Shown here piece by piece: positions 13,880 through 26,395 of a stretch of DNA of 64,000 nt. The first letter of the stretch is position 1. Each line of letters begins with the position of its first letter. The notes beneath the pieces were generated by a model, which saw nothing but the letters and a program-made list of their open reading frames with translations, did no database searches and was not told the origin of the DNA. The position numbers and the translations under genes are program-made. This DNA comes from Macrostomum hystrix (lineage: Eukaryota > Animalia > Platyhelminthes). The stretch covers positions 6,138,001 to 6,202,000 of the forward strand of contig CATNEN010000003.1 of assembly GCA_950097015.1 (NCBI GenBank). Direction: 5' to 3'.

Positions 13880-14850
13880 ATTTAAGGATCTGAGTGATTA
13901 TTATCCCCAATTTGAGTGATTGATATTCCCAATTTGAGGATCTGAGTGATTATTATCCCCAATTTGAGTGATTGATATTCCCAATTTGAGGATCTGAGTG
14001 ATTATTATTCCCAATTTGAGGATCTGAGTGATTGATATTCCCAATTTGAGGATCTGAGTGATTGATATTCCCAATTTGAGGATCTGAGTGATTGATATCC
14101 CCAATTTGAGGATCTGGGTGATTGATATCCCCAATTTGAGGATCTGGGTGATTGATATCCCCAATTTGAGGATCTGGGTGATTGATATCCCCAATTTGAG
14201 GATCTGGGTGATTGATATCCCCAATTTGAGGATCTGGGTGATTGATATCCCCAATTTGAGGATCTGAGTGATTGATATCCCCAATTTGAGGATCTGGGTG
14301 ATTGATATCCCCAATTTGAGGATCTGGGTGATTGATATCCCCAATTTGATAATCTGAGTGATTGATATCCCCAATTTGAGGATCTGGGTGATTGATATCC
14401 CCAATTTGAGGATCTGGGTGATTGATATCCCCAATTTGAGGATCTGGGTGATTGATATCCCCAATTTGAGGATCTGAGTGATTGATATCCCCAATTTGAG
14501 GATCTGGGTGATTGATATCCCCAATTTGAGGATCTGGGTGATTGATATCCCCAATTTGAGGATCTGGGTGATTGATATCCCCAATTTGAGGATCTGGGTG
14601 ATTGATATCCCCAATTTGAGGATCTGGGTGATTGATATCCCCATTTTGATAATCTGAGTGATTGATATCCCCAATTTGAGGATCTGGGTGATTGATATCC
14701 CCAATTTGATAATCTGAGTGATTGATATCCCCAATTTGAGGATCTGGGTGATTGATATCCCCATTTTGATAATCTGAGTGATTGATATCCCCAATTTGAG
14801 GATCTGGGTGATTGATATCCACAATTGATGATCTGGGTGACCTGAGGATG
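13880..14850. repeat. 30-bp intergenic minisatellite
   Basis: CCAATTTGAGGATCTGGGTGATTGATATCC tandem array. Confidence 0.95.
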
Positions 14851-15434
14851 TGGCAGATCACCTAATATAAAAATAGTTGCTAGAAAAAAAATTAAAACAA
14901 ATTAGATTATAGCAAGTATATAGTAAGTTGTGTCGGAGAGAATAAATTGTTAAATTTATTTCTAAATAAGACAACTGAGCAGACACAATAAGATACAATG
15001 ACATATAAAAAGCAAATCATGCTGCTAGTCGTGTATAACAAAAGGTTATGGAGCATTGGCGGAGATATATAAGTGATATAAATAGTTTTTTCATATTTAC
15101 TTTGCATCGCCTTACATATTTTAGTGCAAAAATATGAACACACATCTTCTTACGTTACTAGTTCTGCAGAGTAGTATTTTAGCAAGCATTTTAATATTTG
15201 ATTATTATCGTATTTTTCTAATACATAATGTGAATAATAAAAAAGTTATTTCATGAAAGATAAGCAAGTAACACAATTAAATAAAGATAATAGGACAATT
15301 AATTCACAACGAAAATTATAACAAGCTTAGAAAATATACGATTACGAAAATCGTATACTACATACTACTAGCATAATTGTGAGCCCAGCAGTAGTATATA
15401 ACTGGAGTTATACTTCAGTCCAAAATTAAGTTAA

Positions 15435-18147
15435 TCAACGCGGCCGCTTATCAGAAGCCTTCGGCGATTTCGGATACAAAGGCGACCATTGCAGACAGCT
15501 GACATCGATCAACTGGGGCTTTCTAGGCAGAATGCGCAGCAGATGCTCCTGGACTGTACGCTGTGGCAGGCACAGATCATAGCTGCCCCGCCAGTACTGA
15601 AGAAGGCCCAGTCCGTGCAGTGTGTCCTGCACATCGTCTCTAGAGATGGCGGTGGCCGAACAGATGTCTCTGATTGTGCAGCTGCAGTGCGACTGGATGT
15701 ACTGCAGGATGGCGTATTCCCAGTAGCTCCTGCGGATTTCAATTTCAGTGAGTTGAGTGACAGTAGATTGGTAGATTTAGACAGTAGATTAGTAGATTCA
15801 GACAGTAGATAGGTAGATTCAGACAGTAGTTTGGTAGATTCAGACAGTAGATTAGTAGATTCAGACAGTAGATAGGTAGATTCAGACAGTAGATTGGTAG
15901 ATTCAGACAGTAGATAGGTAGATTCAGACAGCAGATTGGTAGATTCAGACAGTAGAGAGGTAGATTCAGACAGTAGATAGGTAGATTCAGACAGTAGATT
16001 GGTAGATTCAGACAGCAGATTGGTAGATTCAGACAGCAGATTGGTAGATTCAGACAGTAGATTGGTAGATTCAGACAGCAGATTGGTAGATTCAGACAGT
16101 AGAGAGGTAGATTTAGACAGTAGATTGGTATACTCAGACAGTAGATTGGTAGATTCAGACAGTAGATTGGTAGATTCATACAGTAGATTGGTAGATTCAG
16201 ACGGTAGATAGGTAGATTCAGACAGTAGATGGGTAGATTCAGACAGTAGATTGGTAGATTCATACAGTAGATTGGTAGATTCAGACAGTAGATTAGACAA
16301 ACCTGTAAGTGACTTTGCCCAGATCGCTAAGCGGTTTCTCGGGTCCGCCAACCAGACCTTCAATTCTGGCCAATTCATAGCTCAGTGAGATGAGCAACTT
16401 GCCGTAACCTTTGCGCTGATGAGGCGGCAGAGTGAGAATGCAGGCTAAATTATTACTATCAGGTGAGTCCTTCTCCTTGCTAAAATAGCCGACAATGTGA
16501 CAGCCGTGTTTGTCAACTTCGCACAGGATGTAGAACAGAAAGCCGGACACATCAAAGTACAAAGTTTTGTGGTCTAGGAAGAGTTTAGCCAGCAGGCACA
16601 AGCATTGGCAATAGAGTTTTCGCTGTTTTCCATCCACTTCAAACACGGACAGATTGGCCTTGCGATAGATCTCTCTGCCAGGTGGCTGCCTGTACTCGCA
16701 CTGAGACAGGTGGTACTTGTAGGACTTCTCTAACCGCATGTACTTTAGGCAGTACTCGCAGATCCACAGTTTGGTCTGCTTGCCGTATTCGTCTGGGTAA
16801 GGGCTAAAGTACCAGGTGGTGATGTCGAACTTGCCCATTTGAATGTGATCGATGTACTTTACCTGGGGACAGCGGGTGAATGGGGTGGCGTTAGAAATCA
16901 GTGAGTACTGGATACTGATAAGCAGAGTGACTATTTAGTGCCTGGCACACTAAATAGAAAAGTGACAATCCGAGTGCCTGGCACTAATTTGTAGAGTGAC
17001 AATCCGAGTGCCTGGCACTAATTGAAAGAGTGACAATCCGAGTGCCTGGCACTAATTGAAAGAGTGACAATCCGAGTGTCAGACCCTAGTTATAAGAGTG
17101 ACAATCCGAGTGTCAGACCCTAGTTATAAGAGTGACAATCCGAGTGCCTGGCACGAATTGAAAGAGTGACAATACGAGTGCCTGGCACTAAATAGAAGAG
17201 TGACAATCCGAGTGCCTGGCACTAATTTGAAGAGTGACAATCCGAGTGCCTGGCACTAATTAGAAGAGTGACAATCCGAGTGCCTGGCACTAATTTGAAG
17301 AGTGACAATCCGAGTGCCTGGCACTAATTTGAAGAGTGACAATCCGAGTGCCTGGCACTAATTTGAAGAGTGACAATCTGAGTGCCTGACACTAATTATA
17401 AGAGTGCCAATCCGAGTGCCTGGCACTAATTAGAAGAGTGACAATCCGAGTGCCTGGCACTAATTAGAAGAGTGACAATCCGAGTGCCTGGCACTAATTT
17501 GAAGAGTGACAATCCGAGTGCCTGGCACTAATTTGAAGAGTGACAATCCGAGTGCCTGGCACTAATTTGAAGAGTGATAATCCGATTGTCAGACAAATCG
17601 AGTGCTAGATACGCACAATAGGAGTGACCTATAATTTCCCCACAGTAACCTTGGTCAGCTCCTGATGCTCTTTCTCCAATGCGGCTGTGGCGGCGTCCAT
17701 CTCTTCAACAGACTGTGGCACATGATGAATCTCGTGATATTTTCTTTTCTGATGCCTGGTTAATCGGGTTTTATCTGATCCGCCGCTAGCAGACAATGGG
17801 TCCAAGCCGGATGTGTCCATAGATGAGGTTTGATGGCTGGTATCAATACGATCCGGTCCAACCCATTCGTCTAGGCGCCTATCAAAGTCGAGATAATGCA
17901 CGAAATATTCTAGCGAATTCGGTACATCTGATTCGCGCCTGTGAACTATTTCAGCCGGATACCAATGGTTGTCTGAGGTTCGCATCACCGGATACCGACT
18001 GCCAACCTCCAATTGGGCCGGTTGTAGGCTAAATGACTTTTGATACTGCTGCTGCTGTGGCTGCTGCGGCGGCAGCGGCGAAGGCGGAACGACAGCTGTG
18101 GCAGCAGGCACAGAAGTCAATGATGAACTCAGTGTTATAGCTGACAT
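15435..18147 (-). CDS. KAT8: Histone acetyltransferase KAT8 / MOF / MYST1
   Basis: Exons 18147-17650, 16862-16303, 15729-15435; chromobarrel [26 protein letters not shown]|[68 protein letters not shown]|SYW. Confidence 0.95.
15760..16295. repeat. 21-bp minisatellite in KAT8 intron 2
   Basis: GACAGTAGATTGGTAGATTCA tandem array. Confidence 0.95.
16925..17590. repeat. 34-bp minisatellite in KAT8 intron 1
   Basis: GAGTGACAATCCGAGTGCCTGGCACTAATTTGAA tandem array. Confidence 0.9.
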
Positions 18148-18252
18148 TCTTTATTAATATTAGTTGCTTATTCAATTTAAAACTGTTTTCATTTGTGTCT
18201 GAAAAACATTGTGATAAAATGTGATGTTGTTTTCTACTTTCAAGCCATATCA

Positions 18253-18750
18253 AACCTACCCAACATCTACCTACCTGGCATGTGTTAACCTACCCAACAT
18301 CTACCTACCTTACATGTGTTAACCTACCCAACATCTACCTACCTGACATGTGTTAACCTACCCAACATCTACCTACCTGGCATGTGTTAACCTACCCAAC
18401 ATCTACCTATCTGACATGTGTTAACCTACCCAACATCTACCTACCTGACATGTGTTAACCTACCCAACATCTACCTACCTGACATGTGTTAACCTACCCA
18501 ACATCTACCTATCTGACATGTGCTAACCTACCCAACATCTGCCTATCTGACATGTGCTAACCTACCCAACATTTACCTACATGACATGTGTTAACCTACC
18601 TAATATCTACCTACCCGGCATGTGGTAACCTACCCAACATATACCTACCTGACATGTGTTAACCTACCCAACATCTACCTACCTGGCATGTGTTAACCTA
18701 CCCAATATCTACCTACCTGACATGTGGTAACCTACCCAACATCTACCCAT
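18253..18750. repeat. 34-bp intergenic minisatellite
   Basis: AACCTACCCAACATCTACCTACCTGACATGTGTT tandem array. Confidence 0.9.
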
Positions 18751-18989
18751 CTAAATTCTGATTTTTACAGAAAAATAAAATAGTATTTACTTCAATAACT
18801 CCAGCGACACAATTTATTTTAGGAAAATCTTTATCTTTATAAATGACAAACCTGGTTCAAAATGCACAAACCGTTTATGCATTAAACAAAAATGCAGCAC
18901 CAGCAGTATCAAAATACAAGGAACTGCGTTACACGATTTTTAAACAAACATTGATTGATTTTTGTAGTTCTTAATTCTGGACCCTAGTC

Positions 18990-19475
18990 AGATTATCAGA
19001 TTTAATCCAGAGGATCTAAAAATATAGAAGGATTATCAGCGTTAATCCTCAGGATCGGGAAGTATAGAAGGATTATCTACTTTTATCCCGAGGATCTAAA
19101 AACATAGAAGGATTATCAGGTTTAATCCTGAGTTTAATCTGGGAATAAAGAAGGATTATCAACTTTAACCCTGGGGATCTGGGATTAAGGAAAGATTATC
19201 AACTTTGATCTGGGAAGATGTATGGATTATCTGCTCCAATCCTCAGGAGCAGGAAATATAGAAGAATTATCTGCTTTAATCCTGAAAAATTGGGAATAAT
19301 GAAGGATTATCTGCTTTAACCCTGGGGATCTGGGATTAAGGAAAGATTATCAACTTTGATCTGGGAAGATGTATGGATTATCTGCTCCAATCCTCAGGAG
19401 CAGGAAATATAGAAGGATTATCTGCTTTAATCCTGAAAAATTGGGAATAATGAAGGATTATCAGGATCTGGGAAA
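18990..19475. repeat. Degenerate ~40-bp repeat with higher-order duplication
   Basis: Recurrent GAAGGATTATC..TTTAATCC..GGATCT; about 150-bp block duplicated (about 19150-19300 / 19300-19460). Confidence 0.7.
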
Positions 19476-19567
19476 TTTACCAAGCCAAGAATGTCGATCT
19501 AAGAAGGAATATCATTTGAAATGATACGAAATGATAAGATTGATTATGCCTTATAATCGTCAAACTT

Positions 19568-22500
19568 TCAACAGGATGTCATTCGCAAACTAGATGACAC
19601 AGGAGTAGAAGACAGTAGATAGTCTCTAGCAGTTAATAATCTAGCAAGAATTTCACCGCTTTCCAAATTGCAACTCGATTCCAGCTTCAATCGATAAACA
19701 GCGCTTGGACTGGTTTCTAAGAAATATTTCTGCCTACTACGTTGATACAATGGATCGTAGTGATCTAGCAATAGGCGGCGAACAAGTTGTTTAACATCGC
19801 CGTTAGCAGCCAGTGAGAGCCAGTTATTCAAAACCGATTGTGTCTGATGTCGGCCAAGCAAATTTAGGCGATTAACTAACAGCTCCGATTGTTGGGCTAG
19901 ACTGCCGTAGCAATTAATCAGGTGTCTAACTCGATCATCAATGTCGGCCACTTCCAATAGAATCCTAGGCGCATCGGAGAGCCTAGCAACCAATGATTGC
20001 GGTAGGTAACGATCCCCTATTCGGGCTGACTCACACTCTAACCAGACGGGTCGCGTTGGGTCAAGTTGGGTCAGGCGAGTGTGCAGAGCAGATTCAAACG
20101 ATTTTTGAGATGGTTGATTGGGCGATTCGGTATCTGCGCCAAGTAGAGAGCCGCGATGATTGGCCAGCGATTCCAGGTCTATCACCTGAGTGTAGGACGA
20201 ATAGGGATTGGTGAATATGGATTCACATTGTCCAGGATTGGTGAATATGGATTCACATTGTCCAGGATTGGTGAATATGGATTCACATTGTCCACAATTG
20301 GTGAATATGGATTTCGATTGTCGAGAGTTGGAGAATATGGATTCACATTGTCGAGAGTTGGTGAATATGGTTCTACGAAACCTAAAATCAGTGAATAATT
20401 TTCTAGGAAACCAAAAATTAGTGAATAAGGTTTAATAAACAACAAGAAATGGTAAATAAGGTTCTACGAAACCTAGAATTTGTGAATAATGTTTAGGAAA
20501 CCTTTAACTGGTGAATAAGGTACTAGGAAACCTATAATTGGTGAATAAGGTACTAGGAAACCGAGAATTGGTGAATAAGGTACTAGGAAACCTATAATTG
20601 GTGAATAAGGTACTAGGAAACCTATAATTGGTGAATAAGGTTCTTGGAAACCTATAATTGGTGAATAAGGTACTAGGAAACCGAGAATTGGTGAATAAGG
20701 TACTAGGAAACCTATAATTGGTGAATAAGGTACTAGGAAACCTAGAATTAGTGAATAATGTTCTAGGAAACCTATAATTGGTGAATAAGGTTCTTGGAAA
20801 CCTAGAATTGGTGAATAATGTTCTAGGAAACCTAGAATTAGTTAATAATGTTCTAGGAAACCTAGAATTAGTGAATAATGTTCTAGGAAACCTAGAATTG
20901 GTGAATAATGTTCTAGGAAACCTAGAATTAGTGAATAATGTTTTAGGAAACCTATAATTGGTGAATAAGGTTCTTGGAAACCTAGAATTGGTGAATAATG
21001 TTCTAGGAAACCTAGAATTAGTGAATAATGTTCTAGGAAACCTATAATTGGTGAATAAGGTTCTTGGAAACCTAGAATTGGTGAATAATGTTCTAGGAAA
21101 CCTAGAATTAGTGAATAATGTTCTAGGAAACCTAGAATTAGTGAATAATGTTCTAGGAAACCTAGAATTGGTGAATAATGTTCTAGGAAACCTATAATTG
21201 GTGAATAATGTTCAAGGAAACCTAGAATTGGTGAATAATGTTCTAGGAAACCTAGAATTGGTGAATAATGTTCTAGGAAACCTAGAATTGGTGAATAATG
21301 TTCTAGGAAACCTAGAATTGGTGAATAAGGTACTAGGAAACCTAGAATTAGTGAATAATGTTCTAGGAAACCTATAATTGGTGAATAAGGTTCTTGGAAA
21401 CCTAGAATTGGTGAATAATGTTCTAGGAAACCTAGAATTAGTGAATAATGTTCTAGGAAACCTAGAATTAGTGAATAATGTTCTAGGAAACCTAGAATTG
21501 GTGAATAATGTTCTAGGAAACCTAGAATTAGTGAATAATGTTTTAGGAAACCTAGAATTAGTGAATAATGTTCTAGGAAACCTAGAATTAGTGAATAATG
21601 TTCTAGGAAACCTATAATTGGTGAATAATGTTCTAGGAAACCTAGAATTGGTGAATAATGTTCTAGGAAACCTAGAATTGGTGAATAATGTTCTAGGAAA
21701 CCTAGAATTGGTGAATAATGTTCTAGGAAACCTAGAATTGGTGAATAAGGTACTAGGAAACCTATAATTGGTGAATAAGGTACTAGGAAACCTAGAATTA
21801 GTGAATAATGTTTAGGAAACCTTTAACTGGTGAATAAGGTACTAGGAAACCTATAATTTGTGAATAAGGTACTAGGAAACCGAGAATTGGTGAATAAGGT
21901 ACTAGGAAACCTAGAATTAGTGAATAATGTTCTAGGAAACCTATAATTGGTGAATAAGGTTCTTGGAAACCTATAATTGGTGAATAAGGTACTAGGAAAC
22001 CTAGAATTAGTGAATAATGTTCTAGGAAACCTATAATTGGTGAATAAGGTTCTTGGAAACCTAGAATTGGTGAATAATGTTCTAGGAAACCTAGAATTGG
22101 TGAATAAGGTTCTTGGAAACCTAGAATTGGTGAATAATGTTCTAGGAAACCTAGAATTAGTGAATAATGTTCTAGGAAACCTAGAATTAGTGAATAATGT
22201 TCTAGGAAACCTAGAATTGGTGAATAATGTTCTAGGAAACCTAGAATTAGTGAATAATGTTTTAGGAAACCTAGAATTAGTGAATAATGTTCTAGGAAAC
22301 CTAGAATTAGTGAATAATGTTCTAGGAAACCTATAATTGGTGAATAATGTTCTAGGAAACCTAGAATTGGTGAATAATGTTCTAGGAAACCTAGAATTGG
22401 TGAATAATGTTCTAGGAAACCTAGAATTGGTGAATAATGTTCTAGGAAACCTAGAATTGGTGAATAAGGTACTAGGAAACCTATAATTGGTGAATAAGGT

Positions 22501-24977
22501 ACTAGGAAACCTAGAATTAGTGAATAATGTTTAGGAAACCTTTAACTGGTGAATAAGGTACTAGGAAACCTATAATTTGTGAATAAGGTACTAGGAAACC
22601 TAGAATTGGTGAATAAGGTACTAGGAAACCTAGAATTAGTGAATAATGTTCTAGGAAACCTATAATTGGTGAATAAGGTTCTTGGAAACCTATAATTGGT
22701 GAATAAGGTACTAGGAAACCTAGAATTAGTGAATAATGTTCTAGGAAACCTATAATTGGTGAATAAGGTTCTTGGAAACCTAGAATTGGTGAATAATGTT
22801 CTAGGAAACCTAGAATTGGTGAATAAGGTTCTTGGAAACCTATAATTGGTGAATAAGGTACTAGGAAACCTAGAATTAGTGAATAATGTTCTAGGAAACC
22901 TATAATTGGTGAATAAGGTACTAGGAAACCTAGAATTGGTGAATAATGTTCTAGGAAACCTAGAATTAGTGAATAATGTTCTAGGAAACCTATAATTAGT
23001 GAATAATGTTCTAGGAAACCTAGAATTGGTGAATAATGTTCTAGGAAACCTAGAATTGGTGAATAATGTTCTAGGAAACCTAGAATTAGTGAATAATGTT
23101 CTAGGAAACCTAGAATTGGTGAATAATGTTCTAGGAAACCTAGAATTGGTGAATAATGTTCTAGGAAACATAGAATTGGTGAATAATGTTCTAGGAAACC
23201 TAGAATTGGTGAATAATGTTCTAGGAAACCTAGAATTGGTGAATAATGTTCTAGTAAACCGAGAATTGGTGAATAATGTTCTAGGAAACCTAGAATTGGT
23301 GAATAATGTTCTAGGAAACCTAGAATTGGTGAATAATGTTCTAGGAAACCGAGAATTGGTGAATAATGTTCTAGGAAACCTAGAATTGGTGAATAATGTT
23401 CTAGGAAACCTAGAATTGGTGAATAATGTTCTAGGAAACCTAGAATTAGTGAACAATGTTCTAGGAAACCTAGAATTGGTGAATAATGTTCTAGGAAACC
23501 TAGAATTGGTGAATAATGTTCTAGGAAACCTAGAATTGGTGAATAATGTTCTAGGAAACATAGAATTTGTGAATTTGGCTTTCGTTGTAAAAAACTGTAT
23601 TTCGTTAGAATTCAGTGAATAGATTTCGAGATAACGCAAATATGTGAATAGATTTTTAACTAAAATTTCGTGAATAGATAACAAAAATAATAATTACAAC
23701 TGAAAAGAACACACACCTGTTCTCCAATTAGAGCCAATCTCTGCAGTAGAAATGTCTTCCCAGATCCTGTCAATCCAGCTAGCACAAGAGCGTGTCTTAG
23801 TTTTCCTGACTTAGCAACTAACCGTTCAGTTTCATTTACAACCAACTGTCTGTAGGCTCGATAACCGCCGGTTAACACAGTGGGCATATAGCCAATCTGA
23901 GACAGAACCGTGGCCAATGAGTAAGATCTTTGACCGCCTCGCCAGCAGTAGATTAGTGGCCTGAGGATTAAGGTTAATCAGATACAAGCTTATAGCATGA
24001 GAACTTATTGGATTGCTAGCCTCACCTGTTAGATACAAACAGAATGGATTGCTAGCCTCACCTGTTAGATCCAAACAGAATGGATTGCTAGCCTAACCTC
24101 TTAAATACAAACAGAATGGATTGCTAGCCTCACCTGTTAGATACAAACAGAATGGATTGCCAGCCTCACCTGTTAGATACAAACAGACTGGATTGCTAGC
24201 CTCACCTGTTAGATACAAACAGACTGGATTGCTAGCCTAACCTCTTAGATACAAACAGAATGGATTGCTAGCCTCACCTCTTAGATAAAAACAGACTGGA
24301 TTGCTAGCCTAACCTCTTAGATACAAACAGAATGGATTGCTAGCCTCACCTCTTAGATACAAACAGATTGGATTGCTAGCCTCACCTCTTAGATCCAAAC
24401 AGAATGGATTGCTAGCCTCACCTCTTAGATACAAACAGAATGGATTGCTAGCCTCACCTCTTAGATACAAACAGAATGGATTGCTAGCCTCACCTGTTAG
24501 ATCCAAACAGAATGGATTGCTAGCCTCACCTGTTAGATCCAAACAGAATGGATCTTATCTACTTGAAAATATTTAATAATTTAATGAAGTGGGTTTTAAC
24601 CCTTACCTATAATCCGCCTCCTTATTAGCAAAGTGACTTTTTAAAAGTTCCCCGATTCGTTGCGCAATCACCGATGCGCCCAATCGTCTGCCGTCGAACG
24701 GAGATTCTGAAAATTTACGCCCAACAACCTGACGATCAACATCGCCAAGTAGGGCCAGATTGATAGCCGTAGGCAGGTGATCTTCAGTAAATTCAGCCGG
24801 TGTTCTGACGTCAATAACTTCGTGATAAGCGGCAAAGTTCATAGGATTGACTTCCGCGTGAATAAGACCAGTTGCTTTTGTCGTTCCATTTGTTCGTCTG
24901 TTGCTTCTGAGAGAAGTGCAGACAGCTCTAGCGAGTTGGCGACTAGATGTCGCTAAATTTAAGCAAAAACGACAATT
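19568..24977 (-). CDS. selU: tRNA 2-selenouridine synthase (SelU/MnmH/YbbB)-like protein with putative mitochondrial presequence
   Basis: Exons 24977-24607, 23960-23717, 20185-19568 join in frame (410 codons plus stop). Rhodanese domain IDVRTPAEFTEDHLPTAINL and YCWRGGQRS, GGYRAYR, P-loop GLTGSGKT, QVIDLESLANHRGSLLG, QPSQKSFES, VWLECESARIG, HYDPLY. First genomic ATG is at 24842 but the frame is open back to the acceptor at 24978. Confidence 0.9.
20205..23575. repeat. 3.4-kb 30-bp minisatellite in selU intron 2
   Basis: GTGAATAATGTTCTAGGAAACCTAGAATTG array, preceded by a related GTGAATATGGATTCACATTGTCCAGGATTG variant. Confidence 0.95.
24005..24552. repeat. 42-bp minisatellite in selU intron 1
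   Basis: TGGATTGCTAGCCTCACCTGTTAGATACAAACAGAA-based array. Confidence 0.9.
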
Positions 24978-25049
24978 CTGAAATTTAATTTTTTATTAAC
25001 GGTAATAATTTGAGGACTTTAAAATTTAATAGGTGAGATTTTGAAAGAC

Positions 25050-25770
25050 AAAGGTCGCAATACTAGGAGTGAGATTTTGAAGCTAAAAAACTAGGGGTGA
25101 GATTTTGAAGCTAAAATACTAGGCGTGAGATTTTGAAGCTAAAATACTAGGGGTGAGATTTTGAAGCTAAAAAACTAGGGGTGAGATTTTGAAGCTAAAA
25201 AACTAGGGGTGAGATTTTGAAGCTAAAATACTAGGCGTGAGATTTTGAAGCTAAAATACTAGGGGTGAGATTTTGAAGCTAAATTACTAGGGGTGAGATT
25301 TTGAAGCTAAAATACTAGGGGTGAGATTTTGAAGCTAAATTACTAGGGGTGAGATTTTGAAGCTAAATTACTAGGGGTGAGATTTTGAAGCTAAAATACT
25401 AGGGGTGAGATTTTGAAGTTAAATTACTAGGGGTGAGATTTTGAAGCTAAAATACTAGGGGTGAGATTTTGAAGCTAAATTACTAGGGGTGAGATTTTGA
25501 AGCTAAAATACTAGGGGTGAGATTTTGAAGCTAAAATACTAGGCGTGAGATTTTGAAGCTAAAATACTAGGGGTGAGATTTTGAAGCTAAATTACTAGGG
25601 GTGAGATTTTGAAGCTAAATTACTAGGGGTGAGATTTTGAAGCTAAAATACTAGGGGTGAGATTTTGAAGCTAAAATACTAGGGGTGAGATTTTGAATCT
25701 AAAAAACTAGGGGTGAGATTTTGAAGCTAAAATACTAGGGGTGAGATTTTGAGGCTGCAATACTAGGGGT
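25050..25770. repeat. 28-bp intergenic minisatellite between YIPF1 and selU
   Basis: CTAGGGGTGAGATTTTGAAGCTAAAATA tandem array. Confidence 0.95.
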
Positions 25771-26395
25771 TTGATACTTAGACCAGAATACAAGGATTGA
25801 GATTTTGAAGCTTACAGGGGTAAGAGTTTGAGACTAAGCAATTAAGGATACAATTTTAAGATAAAAACTGAAAGAAAATAAAAAGACGAATAATTATTTG
25901 CCACATGCCCATGAATATTATCTTAAAAGTCTTCCATAGCGTTTTTTCATGCAAGTTTTGTAATACTTAAAGTACAATATAATAGTAATTTAATAGAACA
26001 TACTCTTTTGTTAGTTTGGCAACTCAACTAATGTCTACAAAATATATCTAGATAGCTTTGTGTAAGTGAATGTAGCATGTTATTTCTAATTGTATTTTAC
26101 AATAAGTTATTTGCAGTAACTTGCACCACTATCAATAGCTTTTATTTATGCTATCACCGAAAAAGCAACGATTTAAAATTAACGGATTTACCAATTCGAT
26201 AGAATAAGGTAAATCCGGTTAGTTACAGTGAACTTGAAATTGCACACAAATGAAAACTTCAAGATATATAGACTTAACAATGTTCATAATGTATTTGAAT
26301 CACGCAAAATTGTTTATCCTAAAAAGAAAGTCATGAAAAAAGCAGAAATAATGTAATTTACTGGATAAACAATCTCGTTACATGAAACTGTCTGC

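Noticed and set aside
13901-14861. Two ~300-aa repetitive ORFs
   Set aside because: 30-bp minisatellite lacking stops by chance; no coding context
21378-23684. LRR-looking ORFs (VNNVLGNLEL / RFPRTLFTNS)
   Set aside because: Intronic 30-bp array with interspersed stops and frameshifts
19568-24977. Bacterial contamination as the source of selU
   Set aside because: Gene has two spliceosomal introns with host-type minisatellites and is contiguous with animal genes
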